Part shown: one piece after another, positions 26,540 to 35,050 of the stretch
Position numbering within the stretch: position 1 is the stretch's first letter
Layout: each line of letters starts with the position of its first letter
From: Escherichia phage phiP4
Length of the DNA: 64,000 bases
Sequence record: PP993145.1
Strand: one strand, 5' to 3'
Made by a program: the position numbers and the translations under genes
Notes under the pieces: model-generated
Told to the model about the DNA's origin: nothing
The model's input: only the letters and a program-made list of their open reading frames with translations
Databases searched by the model: none

Positions 26540-26815
26540 TTAGTCGAACTTAGGAGTGACAGTTAAGGAGAATGGAAGTTCGAAAACTTCTTCACCCTCA
26601 TCACTAACAGTAATTACACGACCTTTAAGTTCAGACATTGAAATATCAATATCAGCTTTTGCATCTGGAGCCATGCCAGCTTCAACACATTTAGCTTTAA
26701 TTTCCGGTAGAAGTTCTACATCGTAGAAATAAAGCCATTCAATCTCACCTTCCCAGCCTTCCCAGGATTTACAGATTGCACTTTCAATACCAGCTGCTAT
26801 AACACGATTTTGCAT
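26540..26815 (-). CDS. hypothetical acidic protein (91 aa)
   Basis: ORF track. Confidence 0.5.
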   Translation of the reverse strand: MQNRVIAAGIESAICKSWEGWEGEIEWLYFYDVELLPEIKAKCVEAGMAPDAKADIDISMSELKGRVITVSDEGEEVFELPFSLTVTPKFD

Positions 26816-26905
26816 TCGTTAACTCCTCCATCAATTTATATAACTATTATACCAGAAATTTAAAGCAAAAGGCAAGTACATTTTTAAAAATTCTGTTTGG
26901 AAGAG

Positions 26906-27112
26906 CTAAACTCCAGACTCTTCAGCCAAGTCTAGACTAATAAGAGATATAGCCATAATTGCTGCTCCATGTTCTTTTTCTCCAGTTTCTTTAGCTAGAG
27001 TTATAATATCAAGAAATTGCTTATGAAAATCTGCAACCTCTTGAGTTAAACCCGCCTCAGCAATCATACCTTTAAGCATGAAACGTTGTGCGGTAATTTC
27101 AGGATTAGCCAT
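26906..27112 (-). CDS. hypothetical protein (68 aa)
   Basis: ORF track. Confidence 0.45.
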   Translation of the reverse strand: MANPEITAQRFMLKGMIAEAGLTQEVADFHKQFLDIITLAKETGEKEHGAAIMAISLISLDLAEESGV

Positions 27113-27272
27113 GTTGTTTCTCCAGTTTCATCTTTAATAGTCTACAAATAAAATCAATGTCTTCATCCGTGCCTAGATCTCTATCTTCAAGAGTTGCCTT
27201 GAAGTTTTTAGTCAATTCCATGAGAATAACTTCTCTAGAACGACGTGTTGGCGGAGGTGGATGTCTATACAT
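27105..27272 (-). CDS. small hypothetical protein (about 55 aa, below track threshold)
   Basis: Hand-translated ORF with 8-nt overlap onto the start of 26906..27112. Confidence 0.35.
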   Translation of the reverse strand: MYRHPPPPTRRSREVILMELTKNFKATLEDRDLGTDEDIDFICRLLKMKLEKQHG

Positions 27273-27287
27273 CTTATTTCCTTAATT

Positions 27288-27364
27288 TGGTAGGGGTGGT
27301 GGGATTCGAACCCACAAAACCTGAATTTTAAGTCCAGTACCTATGCCAATTCGATTACACCCCC
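27288..27364 (-). tRNA. tRNA with Leu-type anticodon TAA but class I (short variable loop) architecture
   Basis: Hand fold: acceptor GGGGGTG/CACCCCT with G1-U72, discriminator A, CCA, anticodon loop CTTAAAA. Confidence 0.5.
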
Positions 27365-27465
27365 ATGTAATCAGTTTATTAGTTGATACATATTATAGCC
27401 TAGTGAAAATCCTACTACTAATCCCACAAACCAACCAATATAATAATCTTTTAGTTTCACAGGTA

Positions 27466-27651
27466 TTATCCTCGTTCAATATCTAGGGAAATACCGCAGT
27501 TAGGATTAATACCTGTACCATTGCAATTTGCGCAAACCCAGATATTGCAAAAAGTATCTCCTGCTTCTGCATCAGAACTTTCACCAATTCCCCTACACTC
27601 AGGGCAGGCACATTCCTCTAGCTCTTGCTTGAGTTCTTGAAACTTGGACAT
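27466..27651 (-). CDS. Cys-rich zinc-ribbon-like small protein (61 aa)
   Basis: Paired CxxC motifs (CPEC ... CANC). Confidence 0.45.
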   Translation of the reverse strand: MSKFQELKQELEECACPECRGIGESSDAEAGDTFCNIWVCANCNGTGINPNCGISLDIERG

Positions 27652-27659
27652 ATAGTCTC

Positions 27660-27848
27660 CTAGTTAATTACTTTTGAGGCTTCTAAAGCATTGACGTAGT
27701 AAACATCTTCTACATTATACATATAGTCTACTACTTTGTCCATAGCATGGAGTTCAGATGTAGCCTTTACTAGTCTGTACCCTTGCTTAAACTCGTCCGA
27801 ATGTTCTCTATCTTGTGCAAATTTAACAGAAACTATGAATAATTCCAT
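27660..27848 (-). CDS. hypothetical protein (62 aa)
   Basis: ORF track. Confidence 0.4.
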   Translation of the reverse strand: MELFIVSVKFAQDREHSDEFKQGYRLVKATSELHAMDKVVDYMYNVEDVYYVNALEASKVIN

Positions 27849-27867
27849 TAGTTGTCCTTATTTAATT

Positions 27868-27945
27868 TGGTGGCTCCCCGAGGATTCGAACCTACGTACC
27901 TTCCGGTTATGAGCCGGGTGCTCATACCATATGAGCTTGAGAACC
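27868..27945 (-). tRNA. tRNA with anticodon CAT (third CAT tRNA; Met or Ile2), imperfect T-stem
   Basis: Hand fold: acceptor GGTTCTC/GGGAGCC, D-arm GCTC/GAGC, anticodon loop CTCATAA, CCA. Confidence 0.5.
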
Positions 27946-27951
27946 AAAATC

Positions 27952-28040
27952 TGGCGGAAGAAGTGGGAATCGAACCCACAAGGCTATATTTCAAGCCGAC
28001 AGATTAGCAATCTGCTGCAATACCGTTATGCTATTCTTCC
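27952..28040 (-). tRNA. tRNA-Ser (anticodon GCT)
   Basis: Hand fold: class II, perfect acceptor GGAAGAA/TTCTTCC, anticodon loop TTGCTAA, CCA. Confidence 0.65.
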
Positions 28041-28061
28041 GAATTTATAAGATATATTATA

Positions 28062-28580
28062 TTAGAAATTTAGCTTCATAGCAAGAAAATTTTTCAAGTT
28101 TTCGGTAGACATCTCATCCACATCTACAGGAGAAACAAAGCCGTTTAATTTTCTAGCAAATTTTTCACCTGCAGGGTCATTATCCCCGACAGCTACCAAT
28201 TTAAAAGGTAATAATTTCAGTTGCTTTAATAACGCTTTTCCTGGAGAAGAACCCAACATTGCCAGGGCTGGATAACCAGCGTTATGTAACGCAACTGCCT
28301 TAAATACAGATTCAGCAATCAATACTACTTTTTCATCTCCATTGAGAGTTTCTAGTCCCCATACACACTGGATAGTAGAATAAGTAAAATATTTAGCTTC
28401 AAATGGGCACTTACCATGACCTTTTGGAGCAGAAGGATTATACGTCTGATAGCCTCTCAACATCCCAGAGAAGTCATACAACGGGACTGTTAGCCATCCT
28501 TCCGGACTTAACCAGCAATGATATTTATCTGTATCAAATCCTCTAGATAAGAGGTGCTGTGTTAGCTCATCAACATTCAT
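28062..28580 (-). CDS. hypothetical protein (track ORF 28062..28631; start moved to ATG at 28580)
   Basis: Promoter -10 at 28611..28616 lies inside the track ORF; ATG at 28580 has a GAGAGG RBS. Confidence 0.5.
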   Translation of the reverse strand: MNVDELTQHLLSRGFDTDKYHCWLSPEGWLTVPLYDFSGMLRGYQTYNPSAPKGHGKCPFEAKYFTYSTIQCVWGLETLNGDEKVVLIAESVFKAVALHNAGYPALAMLGSSPGKALLKQLKLLPFKLVAVGDNDPAGEKFARKLNGFVSPVDVDEMSTENLKNFLAMKLNF

Positions 28581-28610
28581 ATTTGGTTCCTCTCTCAAAT
28601 TTATAGATAT

Positions 28611-28639
28611 ATTATACAGAGAATTTAGCATTCAAGCAA
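28611..28639 (-). promoter_or_regulatory. sigma70-type early promoter (TTGCTT-N17-TATAAT)
   Basis: Hexamers and spacer read directly. Confidence 0.6.
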
Positions 28640-28755
28640 TCAAATTTTTTAACTTTTTAGAGGAAAATCATATGGCACTTAAGGGTAGCAGATAAGTGGT
28701 GAGGACCAAAATTTGTGACCCCACTAAAAATCCGGGGGTAATTTTTAAAGACCCC

Positions 28756-28784
28756 TTGACATTTTCTCGGGGGTAGTGTAAAGT
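28756..28784 (+). promoter_or_regulatory. promoter-like element (TTGACA-N17-TAAAGT) for the + strand island
   Basis: Perfect -35 TTGACA, 17-nt spacer, weaker -10. Confidence 0.4.
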
Positions 28785-28846
28785 ATACGTTATGGATGAG
28801 TGATCAAAGAGACACACATTTTCTATATACTAGGAGGTGTCAAAAA

Positions 28847-29833
28847 ATGACAGAAGAAGTAGCTAAGAGTCCTGAGACCGTCGCTAGCGTTGCAGCAGAA
28901 CTGCACCGTCACGAGGAATCGGATAAGAAAAAGTGGGAGAAGGTCAGAGCCTACGAAGAGAAACATCGCGAACACGACGATGAAGAAGATGACGATGATG
29001 AACATTGTCATAAATATGGAAAACATAAAATGCAAGAACCAGTAAACGTATTCACTAGTGGCTTCCCTGGCCTACTGGGTGGTTACCCAGCAAACGCAGG
29101 TGCTTTCGGTGGTGAAGGTATGGGACTATTCGGAGCTATCCTAATCGGTGCTCTATTAACAGGCGGATTCGGTGGTTTCGGTGGATTCGGTGGACGTGGT
29201 GTAGTTGGTGATGGTACCGCAGTTGATGCAGTACTTCAGAACCAAGATACCGCTAGTATTCTAGCAGCTATTAACACTACTCGTACAGAAGCTAACCAGG
29301 GTACTGGAGCTGTTTTAAGCGCAGTTAACAATGGTTTTAGCCAGACATCCCAAAACCAGAGCCGTGATACTCAGTCTGTACTAACTACGATCTATGGTAC
29401 AGGTGCTAATCTGTCTAATCAGATCTGCCAGGAAACTCGCAACGTTATTCAGGGTCAGTTCGATCTTTCTCGCCAGATTGATCAATCTTTCGCAGCTAAC
29501 CAGATAGCTCGTGCACAAGATAAGTTTGATTCTGCACAGATCGCTTTCCAGCAGACTTTACAAACTAATAACCAGTTTGCCGCTGTTCAGGCTCAGATGT
29601 GTGCTAACCAGAACTCTCTGGAACGTCAGATCGCTGAATGTTGCTGTGAACTTCAGACTGCGATCGCTGGTGTAACTACTGCGCGTATCCAGGATGAGTT
29701 AGACGCATGTCGCCTACGTGAAGCAATCGCTGCTGGTAGCGGTGCTAACGGTCAGGTAATTAATCAAATCGCTTTAAGTCTTGGTGCTATCACTCAGACT
29801 CTGGCTGGTCTGCAGGCTAAACTGCCGGCTTAA
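28847..29833 (+). CDS. low-complexity protein: acidic N-terminus, Gly-Phe repeat hydrophobic segment, Gln/Asn-rich body, Cys cluster (track ORF 28796..29833)
   Basis: AGGAGG RBS before ATG at 28847; GGFGGFGGFGG and ECCCE motifs read directly. Confidence 0.5.
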   Translation: MTEEVAKSPETVASVAAELHRHEESDKKKWEKVRAYEEKHREHDDEEDDDDEHCHKYGKHKMQEPVNVFTSGFPGLLGGYPANAGAFGGEGMGLFGAILIGALLTGGFGGFGGFGGRGVVGDGTAVDAVLQNQDTASILAAINTTRTEANQGTGAVLSAVNNGFSQTSQNQSRDTQSVLTTIYGTGANLSNQICQETRNVIQGQFDLSRQIDQSFAANQIARAQDKFDSAQIAFQQTLQTNNQFAAVQAQMCANQNSLERQIAECCCELQTAIAGVTTARIQDELDACRLREAIAAGSGANGQVINQIALSLGAITQTLAGLQAKLPA

Positions 29834-29854
29834 TATTAAGGGGAGGAGCCCATT

Positions 29855-30259
29855 ATGAGTAAATATGGTTTTGTAAATAACGGACTTAATCAAAGTATGG
29901 GCTCCCAGCAGCCCATGCCGGGTCTGGATAACCCCTACTTACAACAGTTGCAACAGCGTTTAGCAGAAGCGCAACAGATGCAGCAACAACTCCAGCAAAA
30001 CCCTGGAAGTGTGAGTCCTATGCAAATGATGCAGCAAATGAGCGGGCAGTCGCAAATGCCTCAACAAATGCAGCAACAGGTGCCGCAGCAGCAAACCCAA
30101 CAACCGCAGGTTTCTGCGGAAGGACAGGCAGTACTAGCCCTTTTCGAAGACTTCGCAAAGACAGAGGATGGGAAACAGCTTGTATCACTTATGGGTAAGT
30201 TTAATAGCTTCTGCCAAAGCCAAGTTGCAAAAGCTCAAAATGGTGGTAATAACTCCTAA
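29855..30259 (+). CDS. Gln/Met-rich low-complexity protein (134 aa)
   Basis: GGAGG RBS; polyQ-like composition. Confidence 0.5.
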   Translation: MSKYGFVNNGLNQSMGSQQPMPGLDNPYLQQLQQRLAEAQQMQQQLQQNPGSVSPMQMMQQMSGQSQMPQQMQQQVPQQQTQQPQVSAEGQAVLALFEDFAKTEDGKQLVSLMGKFNSFCQSQVAKAQNGGNNS

Positions 30260-30268
30260 GGAGGAATT

Positions 30269-30463
30269 ATGTGTTGCAGAAAATCTGTTTCGTGCTGCCC
30301 AATGCCTGTAACACGTTGTTGCTCTCCAGCAATGTTTACGCAAATACCGGCGTTCAATCCGTTTGCCTTTAAACCTATTCTTATCCTGCCCCCTAGAGTA
30401 GATTTTCAGTCAAGATTGGCCTCCCGTATGGGTGGTTGCTGTACACCGAGAGTGTGGTTCTAA
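30269..30463 (+). CDS. Cys-rich small protein (64 aa)
   Basis: AGGAGG RBS upstream; multiple CC pairs. Confidence 0.45.
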   Translation: MCCRKSVSCCPMPVTRCCSPAMFTQIPAFNPFAFKPILILPPRVDFQSRLASRMGGCCTPRVWF

Positions 30464-30477
30464 ACCAAAAAACAAAA

Positions 30478-30510
30478 GCCCCTGCCGAAAGGTAAGGGGC
30501 TTTTTCTTTT
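30478..30510 (+). terminator. rho-independent terminator (GCCCCT ... AGGGGC + T-run)
   Basis: GC stem followed by TTTTTCTTTT. Confidence 0.6.
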
Positions 30511-30518
30511 GCCTTAAA

Positions 30519-30554
30519 TACAGAAAAGCCCGCGCTCTCGGAGGAAACGCGGGC
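30519..30554 (-). terminator. rho-independent terminator for the minus-strand SPFH gene (GCCCGCG ... CGCGGGC + U-run)
   Basis: GC stem followed on minus strand by TTTTCTG. Confidence 0.6.
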
Positions 30555-30579
30555 TTGGTTCGAAGATTACGTGTAACTA

Positions 30580-31527
30580 TTACTTGTTACGCATATCCAT
30601 GATCATTTGACCATCGTAGCCAGTACCTACCACAGTCTGAGGCACACCACCTTGATACTTCTGAGCACGAATCATTTCAACTTCCAGTTGCTTCCAGCGA
30701 ATCATCTCAGGAGTAATGGTACGTTGCAATGCGGCGTTAGCTTCAGCTTCTTTTTTAGCTGCGTACAGTTTAGCATCTGCGTCACGTTCGTTAGCAATAG
30801 CCTGGTTATTACGGGCTTCACGGTCTGCTTCTGCCTGTTTAACTTTTTGCTGTGCTTCTTGTTCAACACGAGCCAACTCAGCTTTTGCAGCATTAACTTG
30901 CTCTTCACGAACTTTGGTATTCTGTACCTGTTCCATGATTACTGGTGGCAGAGTAATATCCTGAAGGAATACCTGCTTAACTGTGTAACCATATGGGCGT
31001 GCATACTCTTCAACTTCTTGTTGAATTGCAGTTTGCAATTGAGCCTGAATTTTAGCATCAAACAAATCTTGTGCTTTAGGTACAGACTTACCAAACTCAC
31101 GAATAGTAGACAGTAATTTTTCAGTTACATATTTGTCTAACGCTTGATCCTGAGTACCCGCATTAATACGGTTAATCGGTGCCTTAGAACCATCAAACTG
31201 CAACATAACAGTCAGGTCAACAGTGGATTTAAACTTATCCTGGCTAGGAACCTGAAGTTTATCTAATTTTACAGCAATATCTTTTGTACTAAAAGTATCG
31301 AAAGATGCAAATGGGTTTACAAGATGGAAACCCGGTAATACTGGGTTAGGATCTACTTTACCCAGAAATGTTTGGGTTTTAACCGTACCATCAGAAACAA
31401 TAGTATATGAATTAAAGGCTAGAATCAAGCCTGCTAAACCAACTACAGCACCAATACCCCAACGTTTAATAGTACGAATTACTTTCTGCTCAGAAGTCAG
31501 TTCTTTCATATTTTTAGTATTAAACAT
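30580..31527 (-). CDS. SPFH/band-7 (stomatin/prohibitin/HflK-C-like) membrane protein (315 aa)
   Basis: N-terminal TM segment, SPFH-like core, C-terminal Ala/Glu/Gln-rich coiled coil. Confidence 0.65.
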   Translation of the reverse strand: MFNTKNMKELTSEQKVIRTIKRWGIGAVVGLAGLILAFNSYTIVSDGTVKTQTFLGKVDPNPVLPGFHLVNPFASFDTFSTKDIAVKLDKLQVPSQDKFKSTVDLTVMLQFDGSKAPINRINAGTQDQALDKYVTEKLLSTIREFGKSVPKAQDLFDAKIQAQLQTAIQQEVEEYARPYGYTVKQVFLQDITLPPVIMEQVQNTKVREEQVNAAKAELARVEQEAQQKVKQAEADREARNNQAIANERDADAKLYAAKKEAEANAALQRTITPEMIRWKQLEVEMIRAQKYQGGVPQTVVGTGYDGQMIMDMRNK

Positions 31528-31561
31528 ATATTTCCTTTGTTTTAGTTACAGTTAATAAAAT

Positions 31562-31636
31562 TGGCCGAGGTGACAGGATTCGAACCTGCATAAAGGAATT
31601 TAGAAGACTCCTGCCTCTCCCTTAGACTACACCCCG
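31562..31636 (-). tRNA. tRNA-Arg (anticodon TCT)
   Basis: Hand fold: acceptor CGGGGTG/CACCTCG, anticodon loop CTTCTAA, CCA. Confidence 0.65.
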
Positions 31637-32138
31637 TTTAAGTATTTTTAAGAACTCTCGTAAAAACTCTTAAAAATACAGACGATACCGGGAGAGTCAT
31701 AAGTCTCACTCATTAAGTATTTCAAGACAAAATACAGTAACGTCTATTATTTTCCAGTTTAAGTCAAGGTGACTTAGTGGTTATGTCCTGCGGTATATTG
31801 AGGACTCGGTTAGGCTTGGGGTCATGACTTCCCGCCTTTTGCTGCTACTCAACAGGAGTTATCGCGAATTACCTGTGCTATTGTGCACCATTAGTGACAT
31901 CTCTCATGTCAGCATTTCCCACTTTGTGGATAGCTTGAAAAACTACTCCGATATGGAGAAAGAACTTCACTATCCTAGAATACCTTCTAAAGTTCTTCTT
32001 TAGCCTGGACATAGTTAAATCGTAATAAAACTATTCAGCAGACTGGTTGGTTAGTCTGGAACCAACTACCGCGTGGTTTAGGCAGTGCGCAACTAACCTC
32101 GGAAGCTTTTACGTTAAAAGCATCAGTTATCCAGTTCT

Positions 32139-32210
32139 TACCGACCGTAGGATTCGAACCTACATCTTCCACCAGTTACGGCTTGATAATACCAATTATA
32201 CTAGGACGGC
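32139..32210 (-). other. tRNA-like element with acceptor and perfect T-arm but no recognisable anticodon arm
   Basis: T-arm GTAGG-TTCGAAT-CCTAC; acceptor 6/7 paired; no CCA. Confidence 0.3.
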
Positions 32211-32470
32211 AGTGTTACTACATAAGTGATTTCCACACCCCACTATTTATAAATTAGAGAAGAGTTTAAGGGAGAGGTTTCAGACGCCTCATTTTACACG
32301 TTCTAGCCACTAACCGGGATTGCCGCCCCCTGTGTACTAGTTTTACAACTAACCCACCGACTCTATTCAATGCGCTCCGGTTGGGATTCTGCACTCAGCG
32401 TAATCGGCTCGCTGTTCCCTAATTTATGAATATATTATACATAATTTATAAGCATTTAGCAAATGAATTT

Positions 32471-32905
32471 TTAGAAAAATTCACTAGCAATCAAAGCAGT
32501 TGTTTTACCGTCATAACGTCCAGGAAATTCTGCCTTAATAGTTTTCATTAAAAGAGCTTTGGTAATTCCTGGATTTAATTTAACCAGTTCTGCAAAATAC
32601 TCACGAATTTCAGTTTCAGTCAGTTGACTTGGCTGATACTCTTGCAGCATGGAATAAAGCAGTTGCTCATAGTCTACATCAGTAGGAACTTTCATACCAA
32701 CTTTAATAGCGCGCTGTTTTGCATTTTCTAGAGCCTTAATCTGAGCTTTCAGATAGGCTACGAACTCGGTTCGAGTAACAATGTCTTTATCAATACGTTG
32801 CAGATCACCAATCATGGTCTGAAGATTAAGTGCCCGCTCTTTATCACCGTGAGTACGTGCTAGACTAAGCAGTCCACGAAGGGTCATTAGGATATTTTCA
32901 CCCAT
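32471..32905 (-). CDS. hypothetical protein (144 aa)
   Basis: ORF track. Confidence 0.5.
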   Translation of the reverse strand: MGENILMTLRGLLSLARTHGDKERALNLQTMIGDLQRIDKDIVTRTEFVAYLKAQIKALENAKQRAIKVGMKVPTDVDYEQLLYSMLQEYQPSQLTETEIREYFAELVKLNPGITKALLMKTIKAEFPGRYDGKTTALIASEFF

Positions 32906-33075
32906 TATTTCATCCCCAATGCTTGGTTAAAAGATTGTTCTGTCATAACTGCTGAGACTTTGGCGAAATCAAACTTTTTAGGGTTCGTAGTGATTTCAGC
33001 AACGTTAGAAGTTTTAACAGTTTTCGTAGTACGAATACCGCGAGTGTTAACACCAATAATTACAACTGATTTCAT
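32905..33075 (-). CDS. small hypothetical protein (about 56 aa, below track threshold)
   Basis: Hand-translated ORF with GAGAGG RBS, promoter at 33107 upstream, ATGA overlap with next gene. Confidence 0.4.
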   Translation of the reverse strand: MKSVVIIGVNTRGIRTTKTVKTSNVAEITTNPKKFDFAKVSAVMTEQSFNQALGMK

Positions 33076-33143
33076 ATTTCGCTTCCTCTCATTAATTTAT
33101 GAAAGTATTATACAGAAATTTAAGTAGTTAAGCAAGTAAATTT

Positions 33144-33611
33144 TTAAGTTTTAGTGACAACAGGTTTATAGAATGTATGTCCCTTAATCTTAGTTGTTTT
33201 CTTAAATTTCTTTGTCCAGTAAGGTTTATCTTTACCACTATGGAAGTATAGTGCTCCATGTGTAGGATCTTGTGGTAAATCAACGTAGTATATCACTCTA
33301 GCTAAATTCTTAGCTGTTTGCCAAGCCTCATCAGTTTTATCAACTTTTGGTCTCTTAGATACCCAAGAGAACTGGTTAGACTGATATACTACTTTACAGT
33401 AGGAATCTGGGAATTTACCGGAGTTTACACGGTTTTTAGTAACATGTGCAATCGCCGTCATTCCCTTTATGCCCTCACCACGACTTTCGAAATAGATATT
33501 TTTAGCAATGCAATCTATTTCTTTTGCATCGTGCGATGCCTGACTACTAAAGCTGAAGGTAAGGGCAGCTACTAAAAGCAAAGCTGCCTTCATTCTTTTT
33601 ACTCCTGCCAA
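33144..33611 (-). CDS. secreted cell-wall hydrolase (SleB/CwlJ-like Hydrolase_2 domain) (155 aa)
   Basis: Signal peptide plus conserved block NIYFESRGEG ... AIAHVTKNR. Confidence 0.55.
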   Translation of the reverse strand: MAGVKRMKAALLLVAALTFSFSSQASHDAKEIDCIAKNIYFESRGEGIKGMTAIAHVTKNRVNSGKFPDSYCKVVYQSNQFSWVSKRPKVDKTDEAWQTAKNLARVIYYVDLPQDPTHGALYFHSGKDKPYWTKKFKKTTKIKGHTFYKPVVTKT

Positions 33612-33916
33612 TCATATTCAACACGATTGGGATTTTCTTTATACCCTAAGTCAAGCAAATCATTACGCATATTTTGCTTAGCTACTGGGTTCGAGGTTAC
33701 TAGTACCACTTTCTTTGGTCTCTGCCCAAATTCTAAGAGTAAACGAAGAATTTGATAACCTTCCATACCATCTACAGCCAAGTCATTATCCATATAAACG
33801 AAATGGCCTGTGGTATCAGTTTTATTCAGAAACTCTACAGCGGCTTCTGGGGTTCGAATGATAATGTCCATTCCGTGAAGATTACGCACATCATCAATCA
33901 AAATATGAAAAGTCAT
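33599..33916 (-). CDS. hypothetical protein (105 aa), possible receiver-like fold
   Basis: ORF track; weak resemblance only. Confidence 0.4.
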   Translation of the reverse strand: MTFHILIDDVRNLHGMDIIIRTPEAAVEFLNKTDTTGHFVYMDNDLAVDGMEGYQILRLLLEFGQRPKKVVLVTSNPVAKQNMRNDLLDLGYKENPNRVEYDWQE

Positions 33917-34358
33917 AATAGCCTCGTTTCATCAATTTAAAAATATATTATACAGATAACTTAGTAAATTAGCAAATACATTTTTAAATTGTGAAACTAG
34001 TAAACCGATAAACAGCCTAGAGGCGCCACAGGCCATATCTTATGAGCCATGTACCTTTGATCTAGGGTTTGAATCATCAACGAATACTTTGCATCTTTTA
34101 GCTTTAGAAGTTTAGAAGTTTGAGTTCTTTAAACTTTTCAGCTTTCATACTTAAATGTTGATCTTTGAAGTTGTGTCGGTAATATCAACGACGCTTTGTT
34201 TTTACGTGTCAGATTAAATGTCTGATGTAATAAACATAATCTCCAATAGATTATACTTTATAGTATGGTCAGCGGTCTTATTTAACCTCGTATTTCAACC
34301 GCTGCTGCGAGGTAAGATGCTTGGGCTTTCGTCTACCGATTTACTAGCTTTTAAATTA

Positions 34359-34997
34359 TTACTCTACTTCAATGAAGGTAGAGGCGTTAGACTCGGACAG
34401 AACAAAGTCAACATTTGTTGCAAAGTCCTGGTATTCCTCGTCATGCTGCTTAATCAGCTTCTCCAGTTCCAGCGGATCAATCAAGAATGGAGTATTCTTG
34501 AGTTCCAGCAGATTGAGCTGCATTTTAACTTCATCTTCGGAAGTTTTCTTATCGCGGGTAGCCATGCTATCCTGCAAACGCTCATATTTAGCATCAAACT
34601 GTGCTTTCTGCGTATTAAACTTAACCGTAGCGGCATGGAACTGCTTACGCATGTTAGCCAGCAGTTGAGCTTTAAGCTCCATAGAACGCTTAGCTTCAAT
34701 TGCTTCCGCAACAGTCATTTTACGAGAACCGATCTCAACGATTGTTTCTGCATTGCTCTTAATCAGAGCAGACTTGATACGATCACGCTGAGACATCATA
34801 TCCAGCAGAGATTGGAAATCAGTCTTAATACGAGTAGACAGGTCATCTACTTCGATTGCAGCTCCAACTACAACCTGGTTTTTATCCTTACCTTCACCAA
34901 CAGCAATCAGAAGCTGCTGTTCAGTAGCTTTACGGATTTTAGCTTCCAGAGATTTGATAGTTGCCAGAGCGCGAGTTTTAGAGATACGAGTAGTCAT
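34359..34997 (-). CDS. coiled-coil protein (212 aa)
   Basis: ORF track; the overlapping + strand ORF 34218..35030 is rejected. Confidence 0.5.
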   Translation of the reverse strand: MTTRISKTRALATIKSLEAKIRKATEQQLLIAVGEGKDKNQVVVGAAIEVDDLSTRIKTDFQSLLDMMSQRDRIKSALIKSNAETIVEIGSRKMTVAEAIEAKRSMELKAQLLANMRKQFHAATVKFNTQKAQFDAKYERLQDSMATRDKKTSEDEVKMQLNLLELKNTPFLIDPLELEKLIKQHDEEYQDFATNVDFVLSESNASTFIEVE

Positions 34998-35050
34998 TAT
35001 TTGCTTCCTTATATGAAGTTTGAGATTTGAATTTATTTAAAGTTGGTCTA

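Noticed and set aside
30607-31116. Plus-strand ORFs of 169 aa and 82 aa inside the SPFH gene
   Set aside because: These are antisense frames of a well-supported minus-strand gene, with low-complexity composition and no RBS.
32047-32229. Plus-strand ORF of 60 aa
   Set aside because: It overlaps the tRNA-like element at 32139..32210 and sits in a region better explained as non-coding RNA.
34218-35030. Plus-strand ORF of 270 aa
   Set aside because: It is Leu/Phe/Ser-rich as expected for the antisense frame of the minus-strand 212-aa gene, has no RBS, and runs opposite to all neighbours.
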